From the human T2T-CHM13v2.0 reference genome, Homo sapiens: 64,000 nt of DNA. The notes below the pieces were generated by a model. It made no database searches. It had not been told where the DNA came from and worked only from the letters and a program-made list of their open reading frames with translations. The stretch is from NCBI RefSeq assembly GCF_009914755.1, contig NC_060928.1, one strand, 5' to 3'. A program made the translations under genes and the position numbers. This document shows, one piece after another, positions 33,402-51,080 of the stretch; position 1 is the first letter of the stretch, and each line of letters starts with the position of its first letter.

Positions 33402-33790
33402 TGTATTAGTTTGCTGGGGTTACCATAACAAAATACTACAGACCAGTGGCTTCAACAACAGACGTATTTTCTCACAGTTCTGGAGGCTGGAAGTCCAAGA
33501 TCAAGGTGTCGGCAGGGTTGGTTTCTCCTGGGGTCTCTCTGCCTGCCTTGCAGACAGACAGCTGCCTGCCTTGCAGACAGACAGCTGCCTTCCCTCCCTG
33601 TCCTGACCAGGTCTCTGTTGTTTGTCTTAATTTCTTCTTTTAAGGAAACCTGTCATATTAGATTAAGTCCTAACCATAAGACCTTCTTCTACCTTAATTA
33701 CCTCTTTAGAGGCCCTATCCCCAAATACAGTTCCATTAGAGGTTAGGGCTTCAACATGTGAATTTTGGCGGAAGGGGACACAACTCGGTC
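33402..33790 (-). mobile_element. MLT1A-like MaLR LTR
   Basis: TGTATTAGTTTGCTGGGG..ACCATAACAAAATAC..TTCTGGAGGCTGGAAGTCCAAGATCAAGGTGTCGGCAGGG. Confidence 0.85.
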
Positions 33791-34214
33791 CTTGACAGGA
33801 CTCAGACTTCAAGGACACTCAGGGTTGTGCTCAGCGTGGACTCCAGGGGGCAGCAGAGATTTGCAGCCGGCCTGGGCAGAGGGCAAGGCCACACTCCAGG
33901 CCCGCTGTCGCGTGCCCTCGCCCTCAACGTTCCCTCTCGGATTTTCAGGAATTTCATTTCACGTCCTTGTTCCCTCCTATGTAACTGACAACGCAGAATC
34001 CGCAGGATGTGAGGAGTGGACCCCTTATTAACTCCAGTTCCCAAAATCACAAAAATATGGAACCAAAATGAGCTGCAATTGACAAAGCAGGATATTATAC
34101 AGAGAAAACTCCTGAAAGCATGGCTAGAGATAAAGTAGCTGAGGTCTATATAACTTGCTCGTAAATTAAGGTGTTTTTAACATTTTAAAATTAATTTAGT
34201 TAATTAATTAATTT

Positions 34215-34755
<541 letters not shown>

Positions 34756-34764
34756 TCAGTGTTT

Positions 34765-34877
34765 CGTTTTTAATTGACAGATAATATGTACATTTATGGG
34801 GGACACTGTGATTTTTTGATGCATGTATACAATGTGAAATGATTAAACCAAGCTAATTAACGTATCCATCACCTGAC

Positions 34878-34918
<41 letters not shown>

Positions 34919-35195
34919 TTGGTGGTGAGACACTAGAAATTTACTCTCTTAGCAATTTGGTTTCTCAAAAAACAAAAAATAGAATGACCACGTGATCCAG
35001 CAATTTCATATATGGGTACATATCCACAGCAATTGAAATCGACATGCCCAGAGATATCTGCACTCCCGTATTTACTGCCGCAGTATCCACAATAGCCAGG
35101 ATTTGGAAGCCACCTAAGTGTCCATCAACAGGTGAATGGATAGGAAAATGTACATTAGTGCATATACACAATGGAGTACTATTCAGCCACAAATG
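34765..35195. mobile_element. Old L1MA 3' end with apparent internal inversion; (TTA)n inside
   Basis: Antisense L1MA 3' terminus 34765-34960 abutting sense L1 ORF2-end/3' sequence 34960-35195. Confidence 0.7.
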
Positions 35196-35726
35196 AAGCT
35201 TACAAGGTCACTGTAGCAGATGCTGCCAACGGCCTGGCCATGGTCCTGAGCCCTGATGTTGTGAAGCACACAAGCCCAAAGCTCCGAGGGCTTTCCTTGG
35301 TCAAGAGCCAGCTCTGTCTGCTGGCAGGGGAGGGTAGAAGTTCCGCTCCAGTGGCCCACAGCCAGAGCCAGGGGGTCCTCGTTCCAGTCTACACTGACCC
35401 AGCGGTCCCAGCAGGACTGAGCTGCAGCACCCTGTGACAGTCAGCTCGACGCCCCAGCCCGCACTGGCCGTGCTGCTTCCCTATGTCCCTTTCCCACCTC
35501 CTACCAGTGTTTCTAGGTCAGCTTCCACATCATGACTTGAGCTTGAATCTTCAGCTCAGTTGTGTTCCCACCCTCATAGATTACCTATTAATAATCGGTT
35601 TAATCTGGCAGACACCACCTTAACTATGTGAACAAATTTAGCATCACCAATAATGGGACAAATTGAGGTAATGGGAAGTACACAGCATCACCTGCAAAAT
35701 ATTCTTCATGAAAATCCTCAAGTTCA

Positions 35727-36492
<766 letters not shown>

Positions 36493-37276
36493 CACAAATT
36501 CAGATTGTGGGATGTTCTGCAAGACAACTGGTCTGATTCTTTAAAATATCAATGTCATAAACAGCAAAAACACACAAAAAATGGGTAGGAGATTGTTCTA
36601 GATGCAAAAAGACTAAAAAGATATGATAACTAAATGCACAATGTGGTTGTTGGTTAGATCCTGGATATTAAGGGAATAATTGGGAAAAACTGAATATGAG
36701 CAGATCAGTTTTAAATTTATTAGGTTTGCTAATGGTACTGTGGTTATGGAGATGTTCTTGTTCTTAGGATTACAGAGTACTTAGGAGAGACATATCCTGA
36801 TAGCTACAATTTATTTTCAAATGGTTCAGAGAAAACAGTACATACACACATGTAACCACATAAACATTGAATAAGCAAATATGGCCAAATATTACTAATT
36901 AGTGATTCTAGATGAAAGGTATATGTATTACTCTTTCAACTTTTCTGTACTTTTGGAATTTTTCAAAATAATAAGTTTTGAGAATATTACATTTCATGTG
37001 GGTGTTGGTTTATGACAAACAATACCTTTTCACAGATATGAAGCCTATATTTATTTTCTAACAGAAAACAAATCGGTTGATTTTTGTTCCATTCACATCT
37101 TGTTTGCTTCTGTAGATATAAGAGATATACGACTGTCTCCTCTTTAGAAACCAGAAGGGAACTGAATAGACCGTCCTCCTAAAATTTAAATCTCTTTGGG
37201 TAGGATATTTAAATCTCTTTGGGCACTCTAGACTCTAGATATGTCATCGGGCAGACATCCCCTAAAACCAACAGGT

Positions 37277-37277
<1 letters not shown>

Positions 37278-37315
<38 letters not shown>
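37278..37315. repeat. (CA)n microsatellite
   Basis: About 19 CA units. Confidence 0.97.
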
Positions 37316-37317
<2 letters not shown>

Positions 37318-37453
37318 ACCAGGCACACACATGCATGCATGCCACACCAAACAAGTACATTTCTGAATTTCAACTAACTTGTCTTTTAGTCCTAAAAGAC
37401 CAGTACCCCACAGTGAGATTCAGCGTTCTTTTTGAGAGTATTATAAAATGCTG

Positions 37454-38001
37454 TGTGACGGTTAATGTTAGGTGTCAACTTGACTGGATTAAGGGATGCC
37501 CAGAGAGCCAGTAAAGCATGATTTCTGGGTGTGTCTGTGACAGTGTTTCCGGAGGAGACTAGCATGTAAGTCTGAGTGGACCAGGTGGGGAAGACCCACC
37601 CTCAGTGTGAGCAGGCACCATCCAACCCGCTGGGGGTCCATAGAGAATAACAACAGAGAAAAGACACATGCTGATCCATCTGCTGGAGCTGGGATACTCT
37701 TCCCCTATCTTTGAACAACTCCAGGCTCTCCAGTCTTTGGACTCCAGGACTTATACCAGCAACCTCCCCTACCAACTCCCTGTTCTCAGACCTTCAACTT
37801 CAGACTGAGAGTTACACCATCAGCTTCCTGGTTCAGAGCCGGGCTACTGACATCCCAGGGTCTCCAGCTTGTAGACAGCCTGTCGTGGGACTTCTCAGCC
37901 TCCGTAATCACATGAGCCAATTCCTCTAATAAATGCCCTCTTGTCTGTCTATCTATCTATATATCCTATTGGTTCTGTCTCTCTGGAGAACTCTGAATAC
38001 A
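37454..38001 (+). mobile_element. MLT2 (ERVL) solo LTR
   Basis: TGTGACGGTTAATGTTAGGTGTCAACTTGACTGGATTAAGGGATGC...TATCCTATTGGTTCTGTCTCTCTGGAGAAC. Confidence 0.88.
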
Positions 38002-38920
38002 TGACCTTCTTTCATGGAATAAACCTTTTAAAATGTATTTTTCTCATTCAATTATTTAGGTTCAATGTTTATGTGGCAGTGCTGAGAACTCTGAATATGT
38101 TTCCATCATATTCAAAGTATTGCTACTCTCTGGATACCTCAGGGTAATTTCTGACATTATGACAAATATAAAAACCTGAACGGCTGAACTTGTGAGTACA
38201 AAGTAGTTTTATTATGGCATTATAAAGTATCTCTCAAAAGGACCCACTCAGTCATATACTAGAATTTATTTCTATAGAATAAAATTTCATTTTTATACTG
38301 GAGAATTGCAGGAATAGTTTCTTTATGTGTTTCCAGGCTTTGCTTCAAGCACAACTGGAAAGAATACCTCTGGCATTACCATAAGAATACAAGAGGAGAG
38401 ATGTACCTTGATAAGGCCATAATTGTTAGCTGTAATATCTATACAATATGGCTATATTTTATGTAATGTATTAAACACTTATTTTTGAATTTAATAGGTA
38501 ACAGGAATAGAATGTAAATGAAATTTAAATTGGTCAAAAAATGACAACAGGAATGACTAAGGTACAAACTTCCTCAGCCTTCTTATTCACTGTTGATTCT
38601 ATTTCCTTCTTGAAGCTCTCCCTCCGCTGGCTTCCATGATGCACCTGCTCCCTAGTTTTCTTCTGGCCTCTGTGGCTGCTTCACTTCATTATCCTTGATG
38701 GTTCCTCTTCCTCCAGTCATGGCTGAAATATTTTTCCTGGCCCGATCCTCTCTCTAAACAGTCTCTCTGGGATCCTATCACAGCTTCAGCTGCCAGTGAT
38801 GACTTCAGCATGTCCACCTTGAGCCAAGAGAACTTCAAAATCAAGTACGTATTTTCCCACTGGACATCTCTTCTCATGCCCCATAGGGACCTCAAGCACA
38901 ACATGCCCAACACTCACACT

Positions 38921-39920
38921 GTCCTCCTTCTGCATTCCCTTGTCCCTCCTTCTGCATTCCCTTGTCCCTCCTTCTGTATTCCCAAATGTCCCTCCTTCTG
39001 TATTCCCAAATGTCCCTCCTTCTGTATTCCCAAATGTCCCTCCTGTATTCCCAAATGTCCCTCCTTCTGTATTCCCAAATGTTCCTCCTTCTGTATTCCC
39101 AAATGTCCCTCCTTCTGTATTCCCAAATGTCTCTCCTTCTGTATTCCCTTGTCCCTCCTTCTGTATTCCCAAATGTCTCTCCTTCTGTATTCCCAAATGT
39201 CCCTCCTTCTGTATTCCCTTGTCCCTCCTTCTGTATTCCCAAATGTCCCTCCTTCTGTATTCCCAAATGTCCCTCCTTCTGTATTACCAAATGTCCCTCC
39301 TTCTGTATTCCCTTGTCCCTCCTTCTGTATTCCCTTGTCCCTCCTTCTGTATTCCCAAATGTCCCTCCTTCTGTATTCCCAAATGTCCCTCCTTCTGCAT
39401 TCCCAAATGTTCCTCCTTCTGTATTCCCTTGTCCCTCCTTCTGTATTCCCAAATGTCCCTCCTTCTGTATTCCCAAATGTCCCTCCTTCTGTATTCCCTT
39501 GTCCCTCCTTCTGTATTCCCAAATGTCCCTCCTTCTGTATTCCCAAATGTCCCTCCTTCTGCATTCCCAAATGTTCCTCCTTCTGTATTCCCTTGTCCCT
39601 CCTTCTGTATTCCCAAATGTCTCTCCTTCTGTATTACCAAATGTCCCTCCTTCTGTATTCCCTTGTCCCTCCTTCTGTATTCCCTTGTCCCTCCTTCTGT
39701 ATTCCCAAATGTCCCTCCTTCTGTATTCCCAAATGTCCCTCCTTCTGCATTCCCAAATGTTCCTCCTTCTGTATTCCCTTGTCCCTCCTTCTGTATTCCC
39801 AAATGTCCCTCCTTCTGTATTCCCAAATGTCCCTCCTGTATTCCCACATGTCCCTCCTTCTGTATTCCCACATGTCCCTCCTTCTGTGTTCCCAAATGTT
39901 CCCCCTTCTGTATTCCCTTG
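38921..39920. repeat. Minisatellite/VNTR, ~43 units of 24-nt (CCCTCCTTCTGTATTCCCAAATGT), 22-nt (CCCTCCTTCTGTATTCCCTTGT) and rare 21-nt variants
   Basis: Directly visible tandem array of near-identical units, counted by hand. Confidence 0.97.
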
Positions 39921-40039
39921 ATCAGCAGGTGATATCCTTTTCCCAACCAAAACTTTGGGATTACCTGAGACTTCTCTCTATCCCTTGCCCTAAAGTTAAT
40001 TGCTCAAGCCTTATTGATTCTATAACCTGTTTGTTTTTT

Positions 40040-40338
<299 letters not shown>

Positions 40339-41024
40339 TTTTAATTTTTTTTCCTTTTCCCATCTTCACTTTCAATGACTTGGTTGATGAGTCAACATTT
40401 CTAGTAATATTCCAAAATTATTTCCGTCTTTTGGAGGTTGTGAATCTACTCCTTAAATTATTTTCAGAATGATTTTTTAAATATGCAAATACTGTCATGT
40501 CACTACTGAGAATCCTCCAATCCCTCCCCTTTAATGAATGGCATTTAACCTCCAATTCTTGCTCTACTGCCTCACAGCTGTCTGGCTTTGTACACACTGC
40601 GTTCTTTCTCTGGAATGCCCTTCTTCCACTGGCTTGTCTAGCCGGTGCCTACTGTCCTTGAAAGAGTCAGCTCAACCATCATCTCATCTGGGAAGACTGT
40701 TCTGTTAGTATTAGGATACACTGATTAGGTATCCCTCTGTGTGCTGACATACTATTCTGCTTATACATCTGTCAGATGTATATAATATAATGATATTGAT
40801 ATTCATTAATTAATATAACATAATGATATTAACTTATCTTCTTGCCTGTGTCCTTCACTGGATTGTGAATTTCTTAAGTGTAGAAACTGCCTTTATCTCT
40901 GTATTCATGTAGCATGGCATATAATATGCGCTAAAAAAAAAAGTGCTAAATGGAAATAGATACTAAAAGTGTATATTGAAGACTTTCAGTGAAATGGGTC
41001 ATTCAAGTATGATCATTAATATCA

Positions 41025-41411
<387 letters not shown>

Positions 41412-41499
41412 TCAAACATTCATTTTTCTCAGCACCAATTTTAACAAAGATTAATTGCCATAGAAGAAAAAAAAAGAAGTTTTAAAATGGTCTGCAGAG

Positions 41500-41989
41500 A
41501 TGGCTTCCAGGTTGTAGGTAGATAAGAGACAAATGGTTGCCTTCTTTTGAGTCTTTGATCACCCTTTTACTGTATGTACAATTTACATGTGAGACAGGAG
41601 TAGAGGAATAGTTACTTATGCCTTAGTCTGGCTCGGTGAATCTGCGTTTTTACGTAAACAATAGGGGAGAGGAAGCAATCAGCTATGCATTTGTCTCAGG
41701 TGAGCGGAGGGACTTTGAGTTCTGTCCTTTGTCCCACACCTGTGAAAATAAGCTATCAATTTACATTGTCAGGGTGAAATTCAACAGAATTGTTTTAGGG
41801 TAAAAGATCTTGAGGCCCACAAGAAATTTCCCTGTGGACAAATTGTGAAGGAGGTATGTAGCTTTTTCATCTTTGTAGCTATCTTATTTAGGAATGAAAT
41901 GGGAGGCAGGTTTGCCTGATACAGTTCCCAGCCTGACTTTTCCCTTTGGCTCGAGATTTGGGGGTCCCAAGGCTTACTTTCCTTTCACA
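41500..41989 (-). mobile_element. MER4A-like ERV1 LTR (partial)
   Basis: CAGGTTGTAGGTAGATAAGAGACAAATGGTTGC...GAGGAAGCAATCAG..ATGCATTTGTCTCAG...TTTCCTTTCACA end. Confidence 0.75.
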
Positions 41990-43041
41990 ATATGTAAAAT
42001 AGCCTGATTTAGCCATTACACAATGTATACGTATATCAAAACATCCCATTGAACACTACAAATACATACAATTTTTTCTTGCCAGTTAAAAAATGAAAAA
42101 GTGAGAAGTTAAAAAGTAACAAAAAGTGTTTTTAATTGTCTACACAAAGTTGCTATACTAGTTGTAAGTTCTCTCATGGCATTATGTTAGAACCACCAAT
42201 GACAGACATTATTCTGTTTTTCCTTTTTTTATTCTGTTTTTCTAAGTTCTCAATGTATTTTTACTTAGACTGAAAACCTATTTTTCAACTCTGCAGGTAT
42301 CACTTAGGCTTTCTAATTTGCATTCAGTTGAACTGCAGCTAGCTGGAGACTTAAAAAGGAAATACTCTTTTATCATTTATATAACAAGTGCTGCAGGTTC
42401 TATAATCTTTGAGATTCATATGAACCACTGATTTGTGACAACATCAGCTGACATTTTATAGACCATCAGAGTCATCCTCAAGGCAGAAATTTACAGTCTT
42501 GTGTCTAATAGCCAACAGTCACAGAAGTATTCATGCACCTGCTAACATTTATAGTCCTGAACATCACTGTACAACTTCATTGTACTGTACAATCTTTGAC
42601 AGCAATTCCTTCTTCTGTTTTCAATCATTCTTGGTTATGAAGCTATAAAGTTATGAAAACATGAGAATTAGAGTCTTCTTTTAACACTTTTTGGTCTGTG
42701 TTTTTTCAACAGCAAAATTGGATTATTCAGCTCATGTGAAGACTTATTTAAACCCTTCATTTCTTTTCATTATCAGTCTGCTTCTCTCCATGGGAAAGAT
42801 ACTTTATTCCTTCAGCATGTAGGGTAGACAATCTTGACTCCTTTGGTATTCCATCTTGGAAAATAGAATCCTACAGAGATTACCATCTATACATTTCCTT
42901 TTTTTTTCCCGAGTGAGGGGAAAAAGTTAGACAGGCGTCTCCAATGTCCAAAGGCCAGGAGACACAATGATGAGGTAATGTGCGGTGATTGTTCAGCACC
43001 ATGACGCTAACCCATATCAGTGATTTTTTAAAAAGTGTTCT

Positions 43042-43712
<671 letters not shown>

Positions 43713-44107
43713 TAAAAAAATTCTGCCTATACACCATTACCCAAAACGAATCACACTAAGTGATCTTTTGGGATGAAGAAAAAAAATTATAACTCTCACT
43801 TATAATTAGTTTTATTTTTAAAGTTAAGCTTAACTAATATTAAATATATGGATAGACAGGAGTATATATGTATAATTTATTTTTTTAAAACATATAGATT
43901 AGGGCACATGCTCAAAATATTTTTATTGATATATACACAATCAAGTAAGTTTTGAGATTGCTACTAGAGATCATTGCACATCACTGAAAATTTTGGCCAG
44001 GGTAATGACATTGCAAAAGGGGAATTTTAGAAAAAACAATCTAAGAGCAATAGAGAGGTTAACTTGGAAAGAGCAGATATTCAAATTAGACATGCCAGGT
44101 AAGAGGC

Positions 44108-44402
44108 TTTTTTTTTTTTAACCATTTGTCTAACACTTTATTCTTTTACATTTGATGTTTCTTTGTCCTTTTTAAAAAATTTTTTTTTATTATACTTTAA
44201 GTTCTAGGGTACATGTGCATAACGTGCAGGTTTGTTACATATGTATACATGTGCCATGTTAGTGTGCTGCACCCATTAACTCGTCATTTACATTAGGTAT
44301 ATCTCCTAATGCTATCCCTCCCCCCTCCCCCCACCCCACGACAGCTCCCGGTGTGTGATGTTCCCCTTCCTGTGTCCAAGTGTTCTCATTGTTCAATTCC
44401 CA
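44108..44402 (-). mobile_element. Short L1PA (L1PA5-like) 3' end carrying a 60-bp 3' transduction
   Basis: L1 3' UTR 44180-44402, unique 44120-44179, second T-tract 44108-44119, TSD GCCAGGTA(A/G)GAGGCTTTT. Confidence 0.9.
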
Positions 44403-44828
44403 GCCAGGTAGGAGGCTTTTGCAAGAATCTAAATATCAACTAGGGTGATGACAGTGGGAAATAGAAAGCCATAGTTATAAGAGATGATGTAAAAGAATAA
44501 CTTAAAATATTAAAAATGAAAAAAAAAAAGAATGTGTGGAAATTTTGAGCTAAGTTGGTTGGGGAAAAAAACAGGAATATCCATTAGGGGACTCAAATTG
44601 CACTATGATTGCCACTGACATACATGCCCACATATATAATGTAGAAGCTACAGTATTATCTGTTTGAACATGAGGCTTGAGATCCTGAAAATTCCCATAA
44701 GTGGAAGACACACAGTTGAATTACTTAAAATTTTACAGGAAAAAATGGAATTGTGAAGCAAGGATTGCACCCAAACTTGTAAAAGTCCTTAGAAATCTTG
44801 TTTCTTATTAGAAATCTTATGTTTCTTA

Positions 44829-45296
<468 letters not shown>

Positions 45297-45630
45297 TCAT
45301 CCTAACAAGTAAAAAACTGAACAAGGAGAAACAGATAAATCCACTACTACAGTGGGGGACTTCAACACTCCTCTATCAGAAATGAACAGATACAATAGGC
45401 AGAAATCAGTAAAGACATAATTGAACTCAACATCATCAATCAATTTGATATAACTGATGTCTGTAGACCATTCAACAACAGCAGAATATACATTCTTCTG
45501 AAGCTCATACAGATAATTCAACAAGATACACTACATTCTGGGCCATTGAACACACCTTAACAAATTTAAAAGAATAGAAATCATATGTCTGCTCTCAGAT
45601 CACAATGGAATTAAATTACAAATCAATAGC

Positions 45631-46275
45631 TGCTGGGTGCAGTGGCTCATGCCTGTAATCCCAGCACTTTGGGAGGCTGAGGTGGGCAGATCACTTGAGG
45701 TCAGGAGTTCAAGACCAGCCTGGCCAACATGGCAAAACCCTGTCTCTACTAAAAATACAAAAATTAGCCGGGTATGATGGTATACACCTGTAGTCTCAGC
45801 TACTCAGGAGGCTGAGGCAGGAGAATCACTTGAACTCTAGAGGGTGGAGGTTGCAGTGAGCCGAAATCACGCCATTGCACTCCAGCCTGGCGACAGAGCA
45901 AGACTCCATCTCAAAAAAAAAAAAAAAAGAGAAAGAAATCAATAGCAGAAACATAGCTGGGGGCCAGATGGAATAGCTCATTCGTGTAATCCAAGCACTT
46001 TGGGAGGCTGAGGTGGGAGGATCACTTGAGCCCAGGAATTAGAGACTAACCTGGGCAACATCGCGAGACCCTCATCTCTACAAAAAAAAAAAAAAAAAAA
46101 AAAGTTGGGTGTGGTGGCAGGCTCCTACAGTCCCAGCTGCTATGCAGGAGCCTGAGTTGGGAGGATTGCTTAAGCCTGGGATGTTGAGGCTACAAGGAGC
46201 TGTGATTTTGTCACTGTACTTCAGCATGGGCGACAGAGTAAGACCCTGTCTCAAAAAGAAAAAAAAAAAAAAAGA
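45631..46275 (+). mobile_element. Two adjacent Alus (S-like 45631-45930; J-like 45961-46275)
   Basis: TSDs AAATCAATAGC and AAACATAGCTGG respectively. Confidence 0.93.
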
Positions 46276-46845
46276 AACATAGCTGGAAAAATTTCAATAC
46301 TCAGAGAATTAGCAACACACTTTTAAATAACACATGGATCAAAAAAGAAATCTCAAGAGAAATTTTTAAATATTTTGAACTAAATGAAAACGAAAACACA
46401 ACTTTTCAAAATGTGTGGAATATACCCAAAGTAGCACCTAGAGGAAAATGTATAGCATTGAATACATACAATGATAAAAAGAAACATCTAAAATCAGAAT
46501 CTAAACTTTGGGCTTAGAAAACAAGAAAAAGAAGAGCAAATTGAATCCACAGTAAGCATAATAAAGTGACAAAAATTAGAGCAGAAATCAATGAAATTGG
46601 AAACACAAAATCAATATAGAAAATCAAAACCAAACTTGTTCTTTGAAAAGATTAATAAAATTGATAAGCTTCTAAACAGGCTAAGCAAAAACAAGAGAGG
46701 CCATAAATTACTAATACTGAAAATAAAAAAGGGGGCATCACTATAGATCCATGGACACTAAAACGGTATAAAGAAATACTATGAACAACTCTATGCTCAC
46801 AAAGTTGATAACTTAGATTAAATGGACCATTTCCTTGAAAGATAC

Positions 46846-47610
46846 TGAAATGGGAGAGTTCCCTGACCTCCCTCACAGGACATGTGACAGGGTTGTGTCT
46901 TGTCTGTTTGGCCACCATGCGCACTCAAACCCCTTATGGGAGGGGGAGCACACAGATGGACAGGTGCAGGAACTGGGGCAAACGCTTTTGGGCTCTGACC
47001 CCACAGTAGCATCTAGGGGTGAGTGTCTTCAATTCTCACACCCAGTGGGCATAATACAGTGCTCTTTTAGCTCTGCCATTCGCAGACAGCTTAAGTGTTA
47101 ATCAGCTCAGTGCCCTCTTGGTGCCTGGGTTCTTGTCCAGCATCCAGGAATAATCAGGTCACACATGGACTTGAAGGAAGGTGAATGTGGGGATTTTATT
47201 GGGTAATGGAGGTGGCTCTCAGCAGGGTGGATGCGGAGCTGGAAAGAGGATGGAGCGGGAAGATGATTTTCCCCTGGAGTTTGGCTGTCCCACAGTCGAT
47301 CTCTCTGACCATCCCCAGCTGACTTCCTTTCAACGTTCAGACGTTCCTTCTCTTCTCTCCTCTGCTGTGCCACTCTTCTGCTCCTCCGCTCTTCTGTTTG
47401 TCTGCTCATCTGCTAGTGGAGCCTGGGTTTGGGATTTATATGGATACAAGAGAGGGGGGCATGGTGGGCCAAAAGGCAAATTTTGGGTACAAAAAAAGGA
47501 ATGCCTGTTCCCATTTAGGGCCATAGGTTTCCAGGCTTGGGGGTAGGGCCTTGGCTGGGGAACTGCCCTCTTCTACCCAGTATTTATTTCCCTGTCTCCT
47601 GTCCATATCA
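46846..47610 (-). mobile_element. MER50-like ERV1 solo LTR
   Basis: TG...CA ends; minus strand begins TGATATGGACAGGAGACAGGGAAATA..ACTGGGTAGAAGAGGGC; 4-bp TSD A(T/C)AC; host L1 resumes after it. Confidence 0.82.
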
Positions 47611-47667
47611 ACACAATATGCCAAAACTCACAAAAGAAGAAATAGACATACGATATGAATAAGCCTA

Positions 47668-48057
47668 TGATATAGTTTGGATATTTCTCCCCAACCAGAT
47701 CTCGAGTTGAACTGTAATCCCGAATGCTGGAGGTGAGGCCTGGTGGGAGGTGTTTGGATCATGGTGGCAGATCCTTCATGGTGCTGTCTTCATGACAGTG
47801 AGCTCTCATGAGATGTGGTCATTTAAAAGTGTGTGGCACCTCCCCTGCCACGCTCTCCCTCTATTGCTCCTGCTTTCACCATGTGATGTGCCTGCTCCTC
47901 CTTTGCCCTCTGTCATGATCGTAAGCTTCTCGAGGGTTCCCTAGAGGCCAAGCAGATGCCAGCACCATGCTTCCTGTAAAGCCAGTAAACCTCTTTTCTG
48001 TATAAATTACCCAGTCTCAGGTAGTTCTCTATAGCAGTGTGAGAATGCACTAATACA
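47668..48057 (+). mobile_element. MST (MSTA/B-like) MaLR LTR
   Basis: TGATATAGTTTGGAT...GGAGGTGAGGCCTGGTGGGAGGTG...AAATTACCCAGTCTCAGGTA..CTAATACA. Confidence 0.88.
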
Positions 48058-48136
48058 ACTAGGCAGAGCACAGAGGATTTTGAGGGCAGTATATGATACT
48101 ACTGCCCTTACCCACAGGGGCCTAAGTAGAGGGCTA

Positions 48137-48636
<500 letters not shown>

Positions 48637-48911
48637 CTAGCCTAGGCCCACTTACAGTGGGGCTCCCTCACACTCATTTGGTGGTCATCATCCTGGTTCC
48701 AGAATCCATGACCTGGGTGGGCACACTGAGCCACTAGCAATATCCCCACTTGACTCTGTGACTTGTGAAGTAAGAGGAGTAGTATCCTACTTATAGCAGG
48801 CGGTGGCCAATCAGAAACAACAGCACAACATAACAGGTGGAATGGCAGAGATTAAGACAATCTTCGGAGACTTTAAAGGATACAAGGGTGGTGGTCTTCA
48901 TTACATCCCCA

Positions 48912-49267
<356 letters not shown>

Positions 49268-50356
49268 TGACAGTAGACTTCTACAAATATAATTAGGTGA
49301 TAGCCCCAATGGAAGCTGTTAATCCAGAAGTGTCTTCTCTAGAACAGACGATCACTGTCTTTGCAAATGTGTTCTTTTCTCACACCCATCAGGAAGTAGG
49401 ATCAGAAGCAGACTGCAGTCACTTTAGATGGACAACAGTGAACATTTATGGCCCTGTCTCAGGGCTACGTTACTTCTGAAAATACAGTCAGAAGAGTTCT
49501 GCTGTTACATAGAACAGCCCACTGGTCTACTTTATTGATGTCATTGTGTTCATCAGACCTGATAAGCTGGAAGTGATAAATATCCTAGACACCCTGGTAG
49601 GACACACGTGCTCCAGGGGACGAGAGAGAGACTAGAAAGATTCAGGTGCCTCACACAATGCTGCAGTTATTAGGAGTCCAGTCATCTGGGGCGTGTTGCA
49701 ATATCCCCTCCAAGGTAAAAAACAAGTTATTTCGCCTTATATCTTGGCCCATGCAGAAAAAAGTGCAATATTTAGTAAGCCTCTTTGGTTTGGGAAGCAG
49801 CATACTCCATGCTTGGGATCATCTCTATGACCAACTTATTGGCTGGCTCAGTGCTGCTGGTTTTGGCTGGGGTCCAGAACAAGAGAGCGCTCTGAAGCAG
49901 ATTCAGCCTAGGAGGCAAACAGGACTGCTGCTTGGGCCTCATGTCCTGGAAGATCCCTTGGTTCTGGAAGTATCTACAGTAGACAAAGACGTTACATGAA
50001 GTCTCTGGAAATTCCCTGTAGAAGCGATACAGCACAGAACCCTAGAATCCTGGAGCAAGGCCATGTCATCTGCCAGATGAAAGTATACACCATTCGAAAA
50101 GCAGCACCTTTCATGCTAGGGGACCCTGACCCTGGTGAAAACTGAGTGTCTCACATGGGACATCAAGTGATGCTGACACCAGAACTGCCTCTTAGGAGCC
50201 AGCAAACCACCAGACATACTGTTGGTGATTCCAGCAGGATTCCACCGTATGATGGGAGGGAGCAGTGTGTTTGAGATCAGGCTTGAGCTAGTACAGAGGC
50301 CACAAGTGAGCTGTCAAACCCAGCCACCCAGACCCAATGCTACCTAACCCTCCTGC

Positions 50357-51080
<724 letters not shown>

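Larger units (their letters stand above)
45320..47667 (+). mobile_element. Old L1M ORF2 (endonuclease region onward), interrupted by two Alus and MER50
   Basis: GGGGACTTCAACACTCCTCT, GCAGAATATACATTCTTC, CTCAGATCACAATGGAATTAAA, GAATACTATGAACAACT-like L1 ORF2 blocks. Confidence 0.85.

Noticed and set aside
38921-39920. CRISPR-like array
   Set aside because: Units are directly adjacent with no unique spacers, there are no cas genes, and the context is eukaryotic.
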